Assembly: GCA_963716255.1 (NCBI GenBank)
Contig: OY970303.1
Coordinates: 3,200,001-3,264,000 of the forward strand
From: an uncultured Gemmatimonadales bacterium
Lineage (GTDB): Bacteria > Gemmatimonadota > Gemmatimonadetes > Longimicrobiales > Longimicrobiaceae
DNA length: 64,000 nucleotides
Reading direction: 5' to 3'
This document shows, one piece after another, positions 61,681-64,000 of the stretch (the first letter of the stretch is position 1; every line of letters begins with the position of its first letter). Below the pieces are notes generated by a model. The model was not told the origin of the DNA and ran no database searches. It worked only from the letters and a program-made list of their open reading frames with translations. Position numbers and translations under genes: made by a program.

Positions 61681-63059
61681 TCCGCGACGCCTTCATCCAC
61701 GCCACCTACCTGGCGGCGTCCGTCCTCTTCATCCTGGGGCTGCGCAGCCTCACCCGGCCCGACCACGCGCAGCGGGGGATGCAGCAGGCCGCGGTGGGGA
61801 TGCTCCTCGCCGTGGTGGGCACGCTGCTCAGCCGCGACATCGTCCGCTTCGACTGGATCATCGGCGGGCTCCTGCTGGGCACCGCCATCGGCTACCCGCT
61901 GGGGATGTTCGTCCCCATGACGGCCATGCCGCAGCGCATCGCCATCTCCCACATGTTCGGGGCGCTGGCGGCCACGCTGGTGGGGGTGGCGGAGTACCAC
62001 CTGCACGGCGCCGAGCTGGGCGCCGCGCAGATGGGCGCCATCGGCTTCGAGGTGCTCTTCGGGGCGCTCACCATTACCGGGAGCTTCATGGCGTTCGGCA
62101 AGCTCCAGGGGTTCATCGCCGGGACGCCGGTGACGTACCGCGGCCAGAACGCCGTGAACCTGTCGCTGTTCGCCGCCACCTTCGGCATCTTCGTGTACCT
62201 GGTGTTCCGGCCGGACAACCCGGTGCTCTTCTTCGCCATGCTGGTCATGTCGCTGGCCATCGGGGTGATGATGGTGCTCCCCATCGGCGGGGCGGACATG
62301 CCGGTGGTGGTGTCGCTGCTCAACTCGTACGCGGGGCTCGCGGCGGCGGCCACCGGGTTCGCCATCGGCAACACCGTGCTCATCATCTGCGGGGCGCTGG
62401 ACGGGGCCTCGGGCTTCCTGCTCTCCATCCTGATGAGCAAGGCCATGAACCGCTCCTTCGGCAACGTGCTCTTCGGGGCGTTCGGCAAGGCGCCCGAGGG
62501 CGGCGGCGCGGCGCTGGCCGAGGGCCTCACCGTGCGCTCCGTGACCGTGGAGGACGCGGCGGTGCAGCTCGCCTATGCCCGCGAGGTCATCGTGGTCCCC
62601 GGCTACGGCATGGCGGTGGCGCAGTGCCAGCACCAGGTGCGCGAGCTGGCGTCGCTGGTGGAGCGGCGCGGCGGCACGGTGCGCTACGCCATCCACCCCG
62701 TGGCGGGGCGCATGCCCGGGCACATGAACGTGCTCCTGGCGGAGGCCAACGTCTCCTACGACCGGCTGTTCGACCTGGAGGAGATCAACGACCACTTCGA
62801 GCGGGCGGACGTGGCGCTGGTCATCGGGGCCAACGACGTGGTGAACCCGGCCGCGCGCAGCGACCCGTCCAGCCCCATCTACGGCATGCCCATCCTGAAC
62901 GTGGACCAGGCGAAGAGCGTGATCGTGATGAAGCGCAGCATGGCCGCCGGCTACTCGGGGGTGGAGAACGAGCTGTTCTACCTTCCCCGCACGCAGATGC
63001 TCTTCGGCGACGCCAAGAAGTCGCTGGAGCAGCTGGTGTCCGAGGTCAAGGCGCTGTAG
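61677..63059 (+). CDS. pntB: NAD(P) transhydrogenase beta subunit
   Basis: MTAMPQ, IGGADMPVVVSLLNSYAG, PGYGMAVAQ, HPVAGRMPGHMNVLLAEA and GANDVVNP motifs. Confidence 0.96.
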   Translation: MIRDAFIHATYLAASVLFILGLRSLTRPDHAQRGMQQAAVGMLLAVVGTLLSRDIVRFDWIIGGLLLGTAIGYPLGMFVPMTAMPQRIAISHMFGALAATLVGVAEYHLHGAELGAAQMGAIGFEVLFGALTITGSFMAFGKLQGFIAGTPVTYRGQNAVNLSLFAATFGIFVYLVFRPDNPVLFFAMLVMSLAIGVMMVLPIGGADMPVVVSLLNSYAGLAAAATGFAIGNTVLIICGALDGASGFLLSILMSKAMNRSFGNVLFGAFGKAPEGGGAALAEGLTVRSVTVEDAAVQLAYAREVIVVPGYGMAVAQCQHQVRELASLVERRGGTVRYAIHPVAGRMPGHMNVLLAEANVSYDRLFDLEEINDHFERADVALVIGANDVVNPAARSDPSSPIYGMPILNVDQAKSVIVMKRSMAAGYSGVENELFYLPRTQMLFGDAKKSLEQLVSEVKAL

Positions 63060-63090
63060 GCGCCGCGGCCGGACGGTGCATGTGCCCGCA

Positions 63091-63125
63091 GCTCCCCGGA
63101 GAGTCCTCTCTCCGGGGAGCTTTTT
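63091..63125 (+). terminator. Intrinsic terminator after pntB
   Basis: GCTCCCCGGAGAG-TCCT-CTCTCCGGGGAGC followed by TTTTT. Confidence 0.88.
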
Positions 63126-63146
63126 CGTCGGCATCGCACGTGCCCC

Positions 63147-63177
63147 TTGATCCTGACGCTGCGTCAGGTCTTATCAT
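63147..63177 (+). promoter_or_regulatory. MerR-type promoter with operator
   Basis: TTGATC-19 nt-TATCAT with the CCTGACGC-T-GCGTCAGG dyad (63152-63168) in the spacer. Confidence 0.85.
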
Positions 63178-63222
63178 GGTCGCGTGGCCACGAGGACCCG
63201 CGGATAACGGAGGAGGGAGCGC

Positions 63223-63975
63223 ATGCGTGAAGACACGTGGAAGGTGGGCGAGCTGGCCCGGAGCACCGGGCTCACCGTCCGCACCCTCCACCACTACGAC
63301 CGGGTGGGGCTGCTGTCGCCGTCGCACCGCACCGCGTCCGGGCACCGGCTGTACGTGGCCGCGGACGTCGCCCGCCTGCAGCAGGTCCGCTCGCTGCGGG
63401 AGCTGGGCTTCTCGCTGGACGAGGTGCGGGCGTTCCTGGAGCGGCCGGACGCCTCGCCCCGGCGGGTGCTGCGCATGCACGTGGAGCGGCTGCGGGAGCA
63501 GATCGCCGTGCAGAGCCGGCTGTGCGAGCGGCTGGAGGCCGTGGCGGCCACCCTGGACCGGGCGGAGGAGGTCTCCGCCCGCGACCTGATCACCACCATC
63601 GAGATGATGACCATGTACGAGAGATACTACACGCCCGGGCAGCTCGAGGAGCTGAAGCGGCGGCGCGAGACCGTGGGCGAGGCGCGCATCCGCGAGGTGG
63701 AGGCCGAGTGGCCGCGCCTGATCGCCGAGGTGCGCGCCGCGATGCAGGCCGGGACGGACCCGGCCGATGCGCGGGTGCAGGAGCTGGCGCGGCGCTGGAT
63801 GGGGCTGGTGCGCGAGTTCACCGGCGGCGACCCGGAGATCGCGCGGGCGGCCAAGCGGCTGAACGAGGAGCAGCACCAGGGGTTGCGCGAGCAGCACGGG
63901 GACGCCATGCCCACGCCGGACGTGATGGAGTACATCGGGCGGGCGATGGCGGCGGCGGGGGTCGGCCATCCGTGA
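63223..63975 (+). CDS. MerR family regulator with TipAS-like effector domain
   Basis: KVGELARSTGLTVRTLHHYD HTH; DPADARVQELARRW and FTGGDP motifs. Confidence 0.9.
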   Translation: MREDTWKVGELARSTGLTVRTLHHYDRVGLLSPSHRTASGHRLYVAADVARLQQVRSLRELGFSLDEVRAFLERPDASPRRVLRMHVERLREQIAVQSRLCERLEAVAATLDRAEEVSARDLITTIEMMTMYERYYTPGQLEELKRRRETVGEARIREVEAEWPRLIAEVRAAMQAGTDPADARVQELARRWMGLVREFTGGDPEIARAAKRLNEEQHQGLREQHGDAMPTPDVMEYIGRAMAAAGVGHP

Positions 63976-64000
63976 AGGCGTTCTGAACGGAAGGATTCGG

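Overview
Very GC-rich bacterial chromosomal window, mostly housekeeping, envelope and signalling genes; gene content is compatible with a Gemmatimonadota (Longimicrobium-like) genome, which is inference only. It holds about 60 CDS, including nfeD-floA, dacB, coaA, an ECF/TolC/MFP/RND operon, four sensor kinases, a frameshifted gluQ, a uppS-paralogue operon, a split pntAB, VapBC, tesB, an ECF41 sigma factor and a TipA-like MerR. It also holds tRNA-Val(CAC), tRNA-Ala(CGC) and one IS481-family element. The most striking signal is non-coding: 11 copies of a ~135-140 nt intergenic element, each next to a gene 3' end. Its loops and junctions are nearly invariant, while the arms of two internal hairpins change sequence between copies and keep full base-pairing. 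Arm variants are shuffled between copies, one copy is split by the IS481 element, one supplies a gene's stop codon, and several are fused to a second C/G-tract palindromic repeat. This looks like a high-copy structured RNA or ssDNA repeat family; no cognate mobilising enzyme is visible in the window.
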